Shown here in pieces: positions 48,499-59,444 of a stretch of DNA of 64,000 bases. Numbering within the stretch: position 1 is the first letter of the stretch; every line of letters starts with the position of its first letter. Below the pieces are notes generated by a model. It did no database searches. It was not told the DNA's origin and was given only the letters and a program-made list of their open reading frames with translations. Origin of the DNA: Felis catus (lineage: Eukaryota); NCBI RefSeq assembly GCF_018350175.1, contig NC_058369.1, positions 12,588,001-12,652,000 on the forward strand, in the 5' to 3' direction. The position numbers and the translations under genes were made by a program.

Positions 48499-48940
48499 GC
48501 TCGGCCCCGCCCCTTTCCGCTGACCACTCACACCCCATTCGGGCCCCGCCCCTTCCCACTTTCACCTGCACCCCACTAGGCCACGCCCCCTTCCGCTGAC
48601 CGCCCACACCCCGCTCGGCCCCGCCCCTCCCCACTTTCACCTGCACCCCGCTCGGCCCCCCCCCTTCCGCTGACCGCCCACACCTCGCTCGGCCCCGCCC
48701 CTCCCCACTTTCACCTGCACCACGCTCGGCCCCGCCCCTTTCCGCTGACCGCCCACACCCCATTCAGGCCCCGCCCCTTCCCACTTTCACCTGCACCCCG
48801 CTAGGCCACGCCCTCTTCCACTGCCCGCCCACACCCCATTCGGCTCCGCCCCTTCCCGCCTTCACCTGCACCCCGCTCGGACCCGCCCCTCCTCGCTGCC
48901 CACCGACATTCTGCTTGGCCCCGCCCCCACGATGTTCACC
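48499..48940. repeat. GC-rich minisatellite, ~12 units of 37-38 bp in alternating A/B arrangement
   Basis: A: gctcggccccgcccctttccgctgaccgcccacacccc; B: gctcggccccgcccctccccactttcacctgcacccc. Confidence 0.92.
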
Positions 48941-49068
48941 CTTGACCTTGCCCTCTTCTCCTGCCTTTACCAAGCGGTCCCCCTCTGCCTGGAGACCCGC
49001 CCCCCCCACCCCGCTCTGATCTGAGCTCCAAAAGGACGGTCGGGGTGGCAGTGGCCCCGCGCACTCAC

Positions 49069-49179
49069 CGGGGCCCTGAGCCGGGGCGCGCTCCACCTCG
49101 TTGCACGCGGGCCCTGAGCACAGCTCCTGGGCAAGTGGACTGCGCGCGCTGACATTGTAGAAGCGCGTGGCTTCAAAGG
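49069..49179 (-). CDS. CPAMD8: CPAMD8 exon (about 39)
   Basis: ccgcag|CC..CCCG|gtgagt; [37 protein letters not shown]; 111 nt. Confidence 0.95.
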
Positions 49180-49266
49180 CTGCGGGACGCGGGAGGCAAA
49201 GAGTGACGAAATGATGGGTGACAAGGCGAGGAACTGAGCTGGGGGCGCGGGCGGGCGCGGGCCTAC

Positions 49267-49372
49267 CAGGCTCGTAGTAGTCGTACACAGAGACAGGCAG
49301 CGCGGACGTCCTGCCCACTACATGTTCACGGAGCGCCCGGAACCGCACGCAGGTCAGGCACCGGCTGGGGAT
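49267..49372 (-). CDS. CPAMD8: CPAMD8 exon (about 38)
   Basis: ccgcag|ATC..CCTG|gtaggc; [35 protein letters not shown]; 106 nt. Confidence 0.95.
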
Positions 49373-50005
49373 CTGCGGGGTTAGCGGACGGGCTCAGGCC
49401 GGGCTGGGGCCACTAGGCTCAGGGATGAGCTAGGGCCCCTAGGCTCTGCTCTGCCTCAAAGCATGCGCCCAGAACTGGCCGATTTGGGGGGGGGATACCA
49501 AGCAGGGTGTGTGAAACACAGGAACCTGATTCCACTCAATTCTCTGGGTCCTTCCATCCTACCTGGAAAAACATCTCTGCCGGTGTTTCACTCTCCCCTC
49601 CCCTAGCCCCTGGCATCCGCTAATCTGCTTTTTGTCTCTATGGATTCACCTGTTCTGGACATTTCGTGTGCATGAGATCATACACTACGAAGCCTTTTCG
49701 TGTCTGGCTTCTTCCATCCAGTATGTTTTCCAGGTTCATCCACATGCACCCGTGCTCCATTCCTTTTTATGCCTGAATACCGTTCCACATCCCTCCCAAC
49801 TTTTCCCACCAACGTGAGCTGAGCTGGCTGGGGCACAAGGCCACCAGCTGTGCCATCTCTGCCTGGATTTATTATTGCCCTCGTTTCTTTCTCATGATAG
49901 GAGATGGCTGCAGGAACCACACTGGGCCAGGACAGCTCTGCCCTCACTAACTGGGGTGCGGTCGGAGCCTCCACCCCTGCCCCGCCCCCACCCCACTGCC
50001 GGTAC

Positions 50006-50080
50006 CTCATCAAAGTAGAAGAGGACTCTGCGTCCAGCCACCTCGTACCTCTTCAGCGTGAAATGCTTGTCAGAGAGCAG
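50006..50080 (-). CDS. CPAMD8: CPAMD8 exon (about 37)
   Basis: cgccag|CTG..GAG|gtaccg; [25 protein letters not shown]; 75 nt. Confidence 0.94.
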
Positions 50081-50946
50081 CTGGCGAGGAAGCCAGAGGT
50101 CAGGGTCCACCCAGCCCCTGTCCCCAGTGCTTGCTTCCTCCCCGGTCTCCGTGGGGCCTACGCTGGTCAGTGGGAGGTGGGCCAGTTCCGGAAGGAAGCC
50201 GAGGCCCCAGAGGCTGAGGGCTTACCTATGGTTGTCTGGCAAGTCGCCATGGACCGGGCCCAGGGGATGGAGGTCAGGGTGACCCGTGCCCTGCCAGCCC
50301 CCCAGGAACCCAGGAGAAGGTACCCCGAGCTCCCGCCTTCCCTCCCCTTCCTGCAGCCTCCCTTGATCCAGCCCCAGCCCAAGGCAACCCGAGGTGCCCA
50401 GCTGGGCCCTGCCACCTGCTTTTAAGCCTCATCTACAACACGTAACACCCTCCAGCCTGGGAAGTCCGTGTTTGATCCATAAAACCAAGGCTTCTGTGCT
50501 GGCCCTTCTCCTTACCCTGCCTCTTCCCAGCCTCCCTGATCGCCCCCACCCCCTGCCTTTCCTTCTCCATCCTCCCTACACTGCAGGCCTCCTCCAGCCT
50601 CGGGCAAGACAGCACCCCCCTTTTTGTGCCTCCCTCGCACAAAAGGGGGCATGGGGTTCGTCTCTCTTGAGTTTGAGGGTAGCGGTAGGTCTCCGGAGAA
50701 CGAGGGCGGAGGGTATCCTATGGCACCCCATGTTGTCCCTAAAGCACACCCATATTTGCTGAATCCCTCCTCCACCACCTGGGTCCCACCCCTCACCACC
50801 TGCCCCTCAGCAGGCGACCAGCCCAAAAGTACCAACTTTGCCCGGAGAGGCCAAAAAAAAAAAAAAAAAGAGCTGGGAATTTGCAACCTGGTCAGGGTGG
50901 TCAGCTAGAGACCCCGCCCGGCTTCCGCCTTCCGGCACCACCTCAC

Positions 50947-51034
50947 CTGCTCTAGGCTCTCGATGTCCACCCGGAAGCCTGAGAGCAAGGGCACGTCCAG
51001 GACAGCCATATTGGAGGACCCCGCATGCAGCCAC
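50947..51034 (-). CDS. CPAMD8: CPAMD8 exon (about 36; MG8/receptor-binding domain)
   Basis: tggaag|GTGG..CAG|gtgagg; [29 protein letters not shown] (A2M SNMA motif); 88 nt. Confidence 0.94.
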
Positions 51035-52077
51035 CTTCCAACGAGAGGAGAGATGCAGGCCCTCGAGCTCAAGCCCCACGGTGGAATTCGTGGCCCCCTC
51101 TGTGCCCCCCGCCACAATCCCCACGCCTGAAGTCCTGGGCGAACCCGCCCTGGGCCTGGCTGGGTGGCCCATTTGTACAAACACAGGTCGCTGGTCAGCC
51201 CGTTTCACAGTTGAGACCCTAAGATCATAAGGAGAGGGCCCTGCCGAGGGTTCTGGGCCTGACCCAGGTCTACTGACTCTGGGTTGTGCTTGCCCCGAAC
51301 CCCGTGCTGTGTCCCCAGCACAGGAAGCAGTTTCCGTGGGGCCATGGGAGCCCAGGTGACTGGGGATACCCAGTCACTCCCCAGTGTTTGTCCTCAGTTT
51401 CCCCTTCTGTGACATGGGGTATGCCCAATTGACCTCTGGGGCCTGCTACGTGCCAGGCCCTCCCAGTGTCGTGTGCTGGTGACAAGGAAGGTGACTGATA
51501 TTCAGAGGGGAACAGGTAGACTCTGGGCCCAAGGGGCCATGGTGGCCGCAGCCCCTGGGGAGGATGGGGAGGCTTCCTGTTGGGGTGAGGCCTGAGTAAG
51601 CCCATATCTGGATGGCACACATACATCCGAGAGAGGAACAGAGATGTCCCCAGCTACATAGGGCCATGAGAGCCCAGGCATGTCCCCAGCAGGCTTAATG
51701 GGGCCAGAGTTGGGCCAGTCTGCCTGCTTCCTGCTCCCCCTACCCCAGCTGATGGCAGATTGAGGGTCATGGGAGAGTGGCCTTGGCAGCCCCAGTGGGC
51801 TTTGGATGTCATGGCAACCATCCACCTTTGGGCTCCCATATTGTCACCATGGCAACGAGCATCCTCTGAGGGCAGCTGCCCGTGCCCCCCCTGAGGACCC
51901 CTGTGACCTGGTCCTGGGGTCACCCTCGGGAAACTGAGAGGCCTGAGGCTCTGGTGAGTTGGGCAGGGGCCACAAACAGCTGTCCCCACCTGGGCCACCT
52001 GCCTCACCTGTCACTGGGGTCTGCTGCATCCATTTGGAAGCTTCTGTTTCCTTCTCTCATTCAAAAACCATCTGCAG

Positions 52078-52774
52078 TGTTAAGTGCCTGACATTAAGCA
52101 CTTGCTTGCAAAAGCATCCACGTCAAAGATGCCCATCTTAGATAAACGTACCACCAGCTGTTTGACACGGCTACTAGATTCAACAACTAGACAAGGAGCC
52201 AGGCGTCCCACACACATGAAGTTCCCCTTTTAGAAAACCCTGGGCAGCCGAGATAACTAACCTGCTTTTCCATTCCTGCTCCCTAACTCCTGCCCTTAAT
52301 TTTACATTCGCCAAAAAAGAGTGGACTGACGGGGCTGACGTGTCCGACTCTTGATTTCAGCTCAGGTTACGATGATCTCACGGTTGTGAGTTCGAGCCCT
52401 GCGTCGGGCTCTGCTCTGACAGCACGGAGCCAGCTTGGGATTCTCTCTCTCCCTCTCCCTCCGCCCCTCTCTTTCTCTCTGCCCTTCCCCTACTTGTTCA
52501 CACGCATGCTCTCTGAAAATAAATCAATAAACATTAAAAATACAAGAATGGACTGGCAAAACCTTAGATCCCCACCCTCTACCCCAGTCAAGACAGAGCC
52601 CCAGGTGCATACTTTTTCTCTCTGTACCTGTGACCTTGCTGTCTGGCCCCAGGAATGCTGTGTTAACTTCCAGGACCAATAAGTCATGAACCTTGTCCCT
52701 CAAAGTTCCCTGAGAGTTGTTGCCGAGGGTATCTTGCAACTGTAACAAAAGCCACAAGGGCTGGTCCGGCCACA
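52078..52774 (+). mobile_element. ERV-like solo LTR with internal CanSINE (~52331-52540)
   Basis: TG..CA termini flanked by 4-bp GCAG (52074-52077, 52775-52778); aaga(g/a)tggactg duplicated around the SINE; family not identified. Confidence 0.6.
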
Positions 52775-52976
52775 GCAGTGGGAAATGCAGTAGGGAGCAG
52801 GTGCGTGCCCCAGGCATGCCAGCTGATAGCATCACAATCCACAGGCTCAGACTGACGCAAAACACCAACCCTGAGCACCTGCTCAGCACCCTGGGCCTGG
52901 GAGGAGCTGTCTTCCTCTGATATGGCCCTCCTCTGAGGCCCAGGCAGGAGTGTTGGCCGCGGGGAGGTGGCCTTAC

Positions 52977-53161
52977 CTGGTGCACACCTCCAGGGTCACC
53001 TGATACTCCTGGTGATGCTGGTCGGCTGCTGGGTCGTCATCATCGGCCGAGGAGGCGGGAGCGGGGGTCCGCCGCTGCTCAGCCTCGGGCTCCCGGAGGC
53101 TCACGAGCAGCTGGAAGGCTGGTTTGGCCACCGGGTCTGGCACATTGTAGGTGACATCAAT
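52977..53161 (-). CDS. CPAMD8: CPAMD8 exon (about 35)
   Basis: ccccag|ATT..AG|gtaagg; [62 protein letters not shown]; 185 nt. Confidence 0.94.
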
Positions 53162-53933
53162 CTGGGGGGGGGGGCGGTGTGGGAGGACCGAAGCTTAGGG
53201 AACCTGGGGTTGGGGGAGGGGAGAGGCAGGGCCATGGCCAGAACGATGACAAAAGTGGCATGAACGGCAGATGTGGGGACAACTGTTACTTCGTTTAGCC
53301 CTGCAAGTGCCCAAGTGGGTGCAGATATGACCGTCACCCCATTTTCACGCATGTCAAGCCCAGGTCCAACAGCCTCCAGGCCTCTCCCACCTCTCCGCTG
53401 TGTCGTCTGGGCTCCCACTGTAGAGATGGGGAAGCTGAGGTTTTCAGGGTCTCCAGGCAGACTTGCCCTCTGACCACCAGCCAGAGCCCGCAGGCTGGCC
53501 TGCCCCAGCCCAGAGTGCAGCTAAATCCCAGGGCCTGGTGACCGAGGAGCTGTAGGGGGGGGCAGGCTGGGTCCGGGGGAGGGGGGCACATCCTGGTTCA
53601 GACAGCAGCAAGAATAGACTTGAAGCACTGGGCAAACCCTGGGGGCGGGGGAGGGCGTCTGCTTATGGTCAGAGACCACTGGATTGAGGAGCAAATGGAT
53701 TTTCTTGTGGGGGGGGGACCCACACTCGAGAGAATGCATGGCCACCTGCCTTGGTCAGGCTGGGCTGCATGACGGGGGTCAGACAGTCTGTCCCGGGGTC
53801 TCTCTCAGCCACACACCTCCATCCCACTCAGCCTGGCCCGCCACTGAGCTTAGAGCTCCCAGCCTGCCCCTCAGGGCGTCCCCAGGTTCCAGAAGCCCCA
53901 GCGAGTGCCCGATCTCCCTCCCTGAAGCCCCAC

Positions 53934-53996
53934 CTGCATCAGGCAGCAGCCTTCGCCCTTGGCGCTCACGAACAGCCCCGTGGGGAGGCTGGGGAT
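53934..53996 (-). CDS. CPAMD8: CPAMD8 exon (about 34)
   Basis: cttcag|ATC..CAG|gtgggg; [21 protein letters not shown]; 63 nt. Confidence 0.94.
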
Positions 53997-54107
53997 CTGA
54001 AGAGAGAAGACGCCGTGACACCCTCTGCAGACACACAAGGGGGTGTGGCCGGCAGGGGGGAGGGGCCGCCAGCACTGCCCCCCAAGCCCTGGTCCAGGAA
54101 TACACAC

Positions 54108-54263
54108 CGCCGCGGTCTGCAGAAGCTTCTGGTTGGCCGCGTGCAGTTCGAAAGTTTCCTGGTAGTCCAGGTTGGTGGAAGCCAGGGAGACGGTGAGGTT
54201 GACGCTGCCGGCATATGACAAGACAGCATAGTCTGCCAAGGCCTGAAGAGCCACACAAGTGTC
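54108..54263 (-). CDS. CPAMD8: CPAMD8 exon (about 33)
   Basis: ccccag|GAC..GCG|gtgtgt; [52 protein letters not shown]; 156 nt. Confidence 0.95.
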
Positions 54264-54695
54264 CTGGGGACACAGCAGGAGGCGCTGTCAGCCCCGGGAA
54301 TGGGCCAGCCAGCAGTGTCCCTCCCTGCTCCCCGCCCCGCCCCCCATCCCCAGAGGTCTGGCCCAAACTGGGGGCACCACGGACCGTCTCTGAAGGCCGG
54401 AGACCCAAGTGGGTGGAATGGAGAGTGAATCTGTGGCAGACAGACATCCATGGCCTGGGGGCCCTGATAACAGGCGGGCATGCCCACAGAAGCAGAGGCT
54501 GGGTCCCTGTCCCAAAGCCGGGTGCATCTGTCCCTCAGGCCCCACCCCCTGCCTTCTCTTGGACTCCTCATCTCCAGGAGCCGCCTTGGGACTTGAAGCA
54601 CGTGGTGGCTTCCTGGCGAACTCTGAGCCCTGAGCCTGGGCCTCAGCGACCCCGCCGGGACCTGAGCCCCTTCCTCTTGGCCCTGCTCAACTCAC

Positions 54696-54832
54696 CTGAG
54701 TAGAGGAGAAGCCCCCGAGCGCGTTCCGCTGCTGGGACAGCCACTTCACCACGGGCAGGGCCGTGGCCACATCACCCAGGAGGGTGTAGGTCAGCAGGGC
54801 ATAGGCCGTCATTTCCACCTCGGCTGAGACCA
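54696..54832 (-). CDS. CPAMD8: CPAMD8 exon (about 32)
   Basis: tcgcag|TG..CAG|gtgagt; [45 protein letters not shown] (A2M GGFxSTQ motif); 137 nt. Confidence 0.96.
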
Positions 54833-54909
54833 CTGCGATGGACAAGGCTGGCTGGGGCCCTTCCAATGGCGGGACCCAGCACCCAGCACCCAAAGCAGGG
54901 GGCCAGTAC

Positions 54910-54996
54910 CTGACTGAGAGACCCCATCGCTGAAGCTCAGGAATGCATCCTTGTCCACGTCCCGGGAACCCGTCAGGCTCCAGTGGGTGACCCCAT
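54910..54996 (-). CDS. CPAMD8: CPAMD8 exon (about 31)
   Basis: ctgcag|AT..TCAG|gtactg; [28 protein letters not shown]; 87 nt. Confidence 0.92.
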
Positions 54997-55986
54997 CTGC
55001 AGGGCCAGGACAGGTCAGGGGCCACAACCCAATTAAGTGTTCAGCCTGGCATCCCGCGGTGAGTGTCAGTGCATATGGGTCTCGAGGAGAGACGTGGCGG
55101 GGGTGGGGGGTGGACCCCAGGGGAGTAGGGTGCCAGGGGCAGATGGCTGGGACAGGAAGGGCCTTGGGGCTGTCTCAGATCTGCAACTACATGACGGACC
55201 CAGTCCCTCCTGTACCCCTGGAAGACATCGGTGGCCTCCCTCCTGACGGGTCCCTGATGCGGCTCCAGCCATCCCCACTCAGGACCGAGGAAGCCGCTTG
55301 CTACCTGGTAAGGCTCCAAGGATTCTGAGTTCGTGTGTGATGTAAAAGGCCCTCGGACCACAGAGAAATCCGTGCTCCCTGCCCCAGATCTCAAGCAGTT
55401 AGTCCTAAATAGACACTGTCATCCAATCGGGTAGTTTCAGAATTCTGCTTAATGTTTGTTTGTTTTTCTTCTTAGCAATGAAAGCATTTCTCAGGTGACA
55501 TCATGAGCAGGAAAGCTGCTGGGGAGGGTGGGGGGCGGGTAGTGGGATGAGGGCCGGGAGGGGGCTTGGTTTGAGAGGTCTCCACGACTGGGGCTCCCCA
55601 AGCACAGTGAGTACTCATTTTGTGGGTGGAGAGACCAACATCCTGCAGACAGAAACGGCTTCCTTCCCAAGGTTCACCCGGCGATGGAAGGCAGGGGGGC
55701 CCTCCCTGCCTCCCAGCACCCTGTCTGGGGGTTGGTCTCCAGGAAGCCTGGGGCGCTCTCTACTGCCCTCTGGGCTATCCCCTACTCCACGAGGGAGAAA
55801 AATGACACACGGGCTCAAGCCACCTCATCAAATGGAGCCGCTGGATGCAACAACGAATAACAAACAAAACAGACTGAGCAAAGGGTGCCTCCTTAGCTCC
55901 ATGCGTGTGTTCATGAACCGTTTAGGGAGATGCACGGTGGGCGGGCCCCACGGTGGCCTCTGGGGTGGCGATCAGGAGCCACCTAC

Positions 55987-56152
55987 TCTGCGTGATGGCC
56001 AGGCTGCGGAGTTTTCGCAGCGCTGCAGGGGCTGCTGGGCTGCGGAGCAGGGTCAGCGCGTAGGTGGTCAGGGCGCTGCTGTAGGGGTCGGCGGCCAAGG
56101 GCACACTGGACTCCAGGAAGTGCCTCGCTCTGGCAATGGCGCCCCTCTCCTC
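55987..56152 (-). CDS. CPAMD8: CPAMD8 exon (about 30)
   Basis: ccgcag|GAG..CAGA|gtaggt; [55 protein letters not shown]; 166 nt. Confidence 0.92.
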
Positions 56153-56739
56153 CTGCGGGATGGGGTGGGGAGTGGAGCCCTGCGAGGCTGCTCTGTTCCC
56201 CCACCCACCTGCCCACCCGCAGGTTCCCAGGGCGCACCTAGGGAGAGCTCCCAGACACTCTCGTTCTGCCTCCTTCTAGGGCTCCCGCAGCCTGCGGACC
56301 TGGCTTTCAAAACCCCATCCCCTTTCTGTTGGTGCCAGCTTTCTTCCGAATGAGGTCTGAGCACAGTGTATCAACCCAGAGAAGTACTGGGGGAATCAGG
56401 CAGAGCCCTGACCACCCTGTCCCACCCACCCCTTCACCAGGCTGGCTTTTAAGAACCCCTGCCCAGGCCCACTTCATCCTCCAGGCCTCACTTCAAGTGT
56501 TGCCTCCTCCAGGAAGCCCACCAACCCTGATCATGCTTCTCCCCCAGCCCTAATGTGAGCCACTGGAGGACAGAAACTGAGTCCGCTGTCCAGCGGGGGC
56601 TTGATGCAGAGAAGCTGCCCAAGCATATTGGTTAAATGGAAAAAATGAGAGATTAGAAGCATTCGTGAATTTGATAAATGAGCAACGGTGTTCCCGTGGG
56701 CACCGATGGAGCCATGGTGTTAAGATAACTCTGCTTTTA

Positions 56740-57330
56740 GGCCGCCTGGGTGGTGCAGCTGGCTCAGCGTCTGGCTCTTGATTTTGGCTCAGGTCACGAT
56801 CTCACGGTTCTGTGAGTTCGAGCCCCGCACTGGGCTCTGTGCCGTGCGGGGCTCACTTGGGATTCTCTGTCTCTGCCCCTCTCCCACTCCAGCTTTCTCT
56901 CTCAGAAAAAGATATCTCTGCTTTAGATTGTTAAGATCTCAGAAAGCATGCTCTCCCAAAGCTCTCCATCTTTAGATCAGGACAAAGTATGGAAACTGCC
57001 CCTAATGTGGGGCGTTGAGATATACCAGGTACCTCCTGGGGCCTCGACACACCACAGTTAGGACCCATGTCCCCATAGGAGAGGACACAGAGACACAGGC
57101 ACAGGGCCATGCAGAGACAGAGGCAGACACTGGAGTGACGTGGCCACAAGACTAGAAATGCCCGGGGCCTCCAGAAGCTGGAGAGGCCTAGAAGGACCTT
57201 CCCTTAGAGCCTTCGGAAGGAGCACAGCCTTGCTGACACCTGGACCTCAGATGTATGGCCTCCAGGACTGTGAGAGAATAAACTCGTGCTGTCTGAAGCC
57301 AGTTTGTGGTACTTGCTACAGCAGCCCGGA
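56740..57330 (+). mobile_element. CanSINE (~56740-56905) and MLT1 fragment (~57070-57330)
   Basis: ggccgcctgggtggtgcag; ttgctgacacctggac..tggcctccaggactgtgagagaataaa. Confidence 0.75.
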
Positions 57331-57617
57331 CCCCGATCCAGGGGCCACGATCCAGCCTAGGGCACAGGGGCCTTCAGAGTCCGGAGTGAATGAAGACACA
57401 CATGACACAGCTCTAAACGTGTGACAGGGTCCGAATGACCTGGAAGTCCATTTAACTGGAAGAAGGAGCAGAGCCAGAGGAGACAGGAGGGGCCCGCCTC
57501 AGGGGATGCGGAGGGGCCGGGGTCCCTCGGCCTCAGAGGTGCAGGCACTCACCAGCCCCATCCCCCCCCCCCCGGTCCTGGGACTCCCTCAGGACCGCTG
57601 GCCATCCTAGAGGCAGG

Positions 57618-58389
57618 GTGTATGAGTTTGCAATGGCTGTGTAACAAAGTGCCCCAAAGTGGGTGGCTTAAACAGTAGAAAAAAGACAAGGTGTCACAGA
57701 TCTGGAGACCGGAAGTCTGAGGTCACGGTGTGGGCCACTGAGGGAAGAGGCTGTCCCAGGCCTCTCCCGGGCTTGCAGCCGGCTGTCTTCTCCCTGTGTC
57801 TCCACGTCGTCTTGCCTGTGCGTGTGTGTCTGTGTCCAACCCCCTTTGTATGAGGACGCCAGTCATATTGGATTAGGACCCATCCTGATGGCCTCATTTG
57901 AACTTGATTTACCTCTTCAAAGGCCCTAATCACATTCCGAGGTATGGGGGTGCTGTCTGGGCCCCCCACCACAATACGTTGAAGCGCTACCCCAATGTGA
58001 CGGTGTTAGGAGGCGGAGCCTTGGGGATGTGATTACGTTTAGCTGAGCTTCTGAGGGCGGAGCCCCCACAATGGGCTTAGGGTCCTTACACAAAAAGGAA
58101 GAGACACCAGAACTCCCTCTCTCTCCACACGTGCGTACCAAGGAAAGGCCATGTGTGGACACAGCGGGAAGGTGGCTGTCTACAAGGCAGGAAGAGAGCC
58201 CTCACCAAGGACTGACTCAAACAGAACCTTGACTTGGGTTTCCCAGTTTCCAGAACTATGAGAAGTAAACGTCTGTGGTTTAAGCCTCCTGGACTGTGGT
58301 ATTTTGTTTCAGCGGCCCGAGCTGGCTAAGACAGGGGGTTAGGACTTCAGGATATACATTTCGGGGAGACACGATTCAGCCCTTTAACA
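57618..58389. mobile_element. Nested MaLR LTRs: MLT1A-like (+, 57951-58333) inside an MLT1B/C-like LTR (-)
   Basis: inner element TG..aagaCA with 5-bp GGGGG on both sides; outer element resumes ttaggacttca..ccctttaaca. Confidence 0.8.
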
Positions 58390-59078
58390 CGGGGCAAGGG
58401 GCCCTCCGGGCAAAGTGCACAGGACCTAGAAGATCTTAGGTCACGGCAAACCCTAGACCCAGAGGTTAAATCTGGATTGGGAGGCCACGAATTCTGAGAA
58501 GAGCCACAATTCGCAGTTCGTCACCAGGGGATGTAGAACCGATACAAATGTTAGGAATGGTGGGGTCCCTACTCCCAGCATTGGGGTCCACCAGGGACGT
58601 CCTCACCGCAGGGAACGTGTTATACGCACCCCGCTTCACAGAAGCAACAATGGCTCTCCAGTCCCTGGGGGCAACTAAACCTTGACTGGCTCCAGTACCC
58701 ACTGTAAATGGAGGTTCTAGACCCTTCCCCCCCAAAAATTTCACAAATTTTGGTATAGGACTCCCGGAAGTGAGCCCATGGGTCACAGCCAGGAACGTGA
58801 TGTAGCCCCAAACAGGCTCCCGGGGTGTCAGATAGTCCTGGGACGTCTCGTACTCAGGATACAGCACCTCCACACCCCCCCCCCCCCGACGATTGTCACA
58901 GGACCCTCTCAATCCTCTGCCCGGGCTACAAGAAGGTGAGCATCCTGGGACCACAGGAAAGCATGAAAAAGAGTGGAAGGAGGGCATCAAGGAAGAAATA
59001 AAGCCTGCCCGAGGACGGCCAGCCTGGCCTGCGGCGGGGGACGTTGCCCACCCACTCCCCCAGCCGCCCTGTGCTCAC

Positions 59079-59153
59079 CTCCGAGGCAGTGCCTGTCTCC
59101 AGGAGTGCAGCCACCACATAAGCCGTCAACGGGACTGTGCCGTGGATCCCACC
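59079..59153 (-). CDS. CPAMD8: CPAMD8 exon (about 29)
   Basis: ttgcag|GGT..GAG|gtgagc; [25 protein letters not shown]; 75 nt. Confidence 0.95.
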
Positions 59154-59287
59154 CTGCAAGAGGACTTTGGAGCCTCACCCTGAGCCAGAGGGGACAGCCC
59201 CTGACCTCCTACTGGCCCGAGACAGCACCAGGGAGTGGGGGAGGGGGCAGGGCTAAGGCACCAGAAGGAGGCGGAGAGGCCACTCAC

Positions 59288-59444
59288 CTGGATGTCCTTG
59301 TTCAGGATCCTGCCCACGGCCGGGAAGGAGCCATCCCCCCGCTGCTGCTGGATGATCCAGCCCTTGGCAGCCGCCAGCTCCTGCGGGTCGATGAAGATGA
59401 AGCTTCGTGCCTGGGCAAAGGACTTCAGGACAAAGGCCGTGAGC
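59288..59444 (-). CDS. CPAMD8: CPAMD8 exon (about 28)
   Basis: ttttag|G..CAG|gtgagt; [52 protein letters not shown]; 157 nt. Confidence 0.95.

Noticed and set aside
48499..48940. Repeat-spacer look resembling a CRISPR array
   Set aside because: The spacers are themselves two recurring types, there are no cas genes and the context is a mammalian intron; it is a minisatellite.
55547..56353. 268-aa plus-strand ORF
   Set aside because: Antisense to a CPAMD8 exon and intron; no homology recognisable.
58440..58870. Segment with a retroviral-internal feel and a 174-aa minus ORF (58466-58990)
   Set aside because: No gag/pol/env motif recognisable; needs a Dfam or BLASTX search, so not called.
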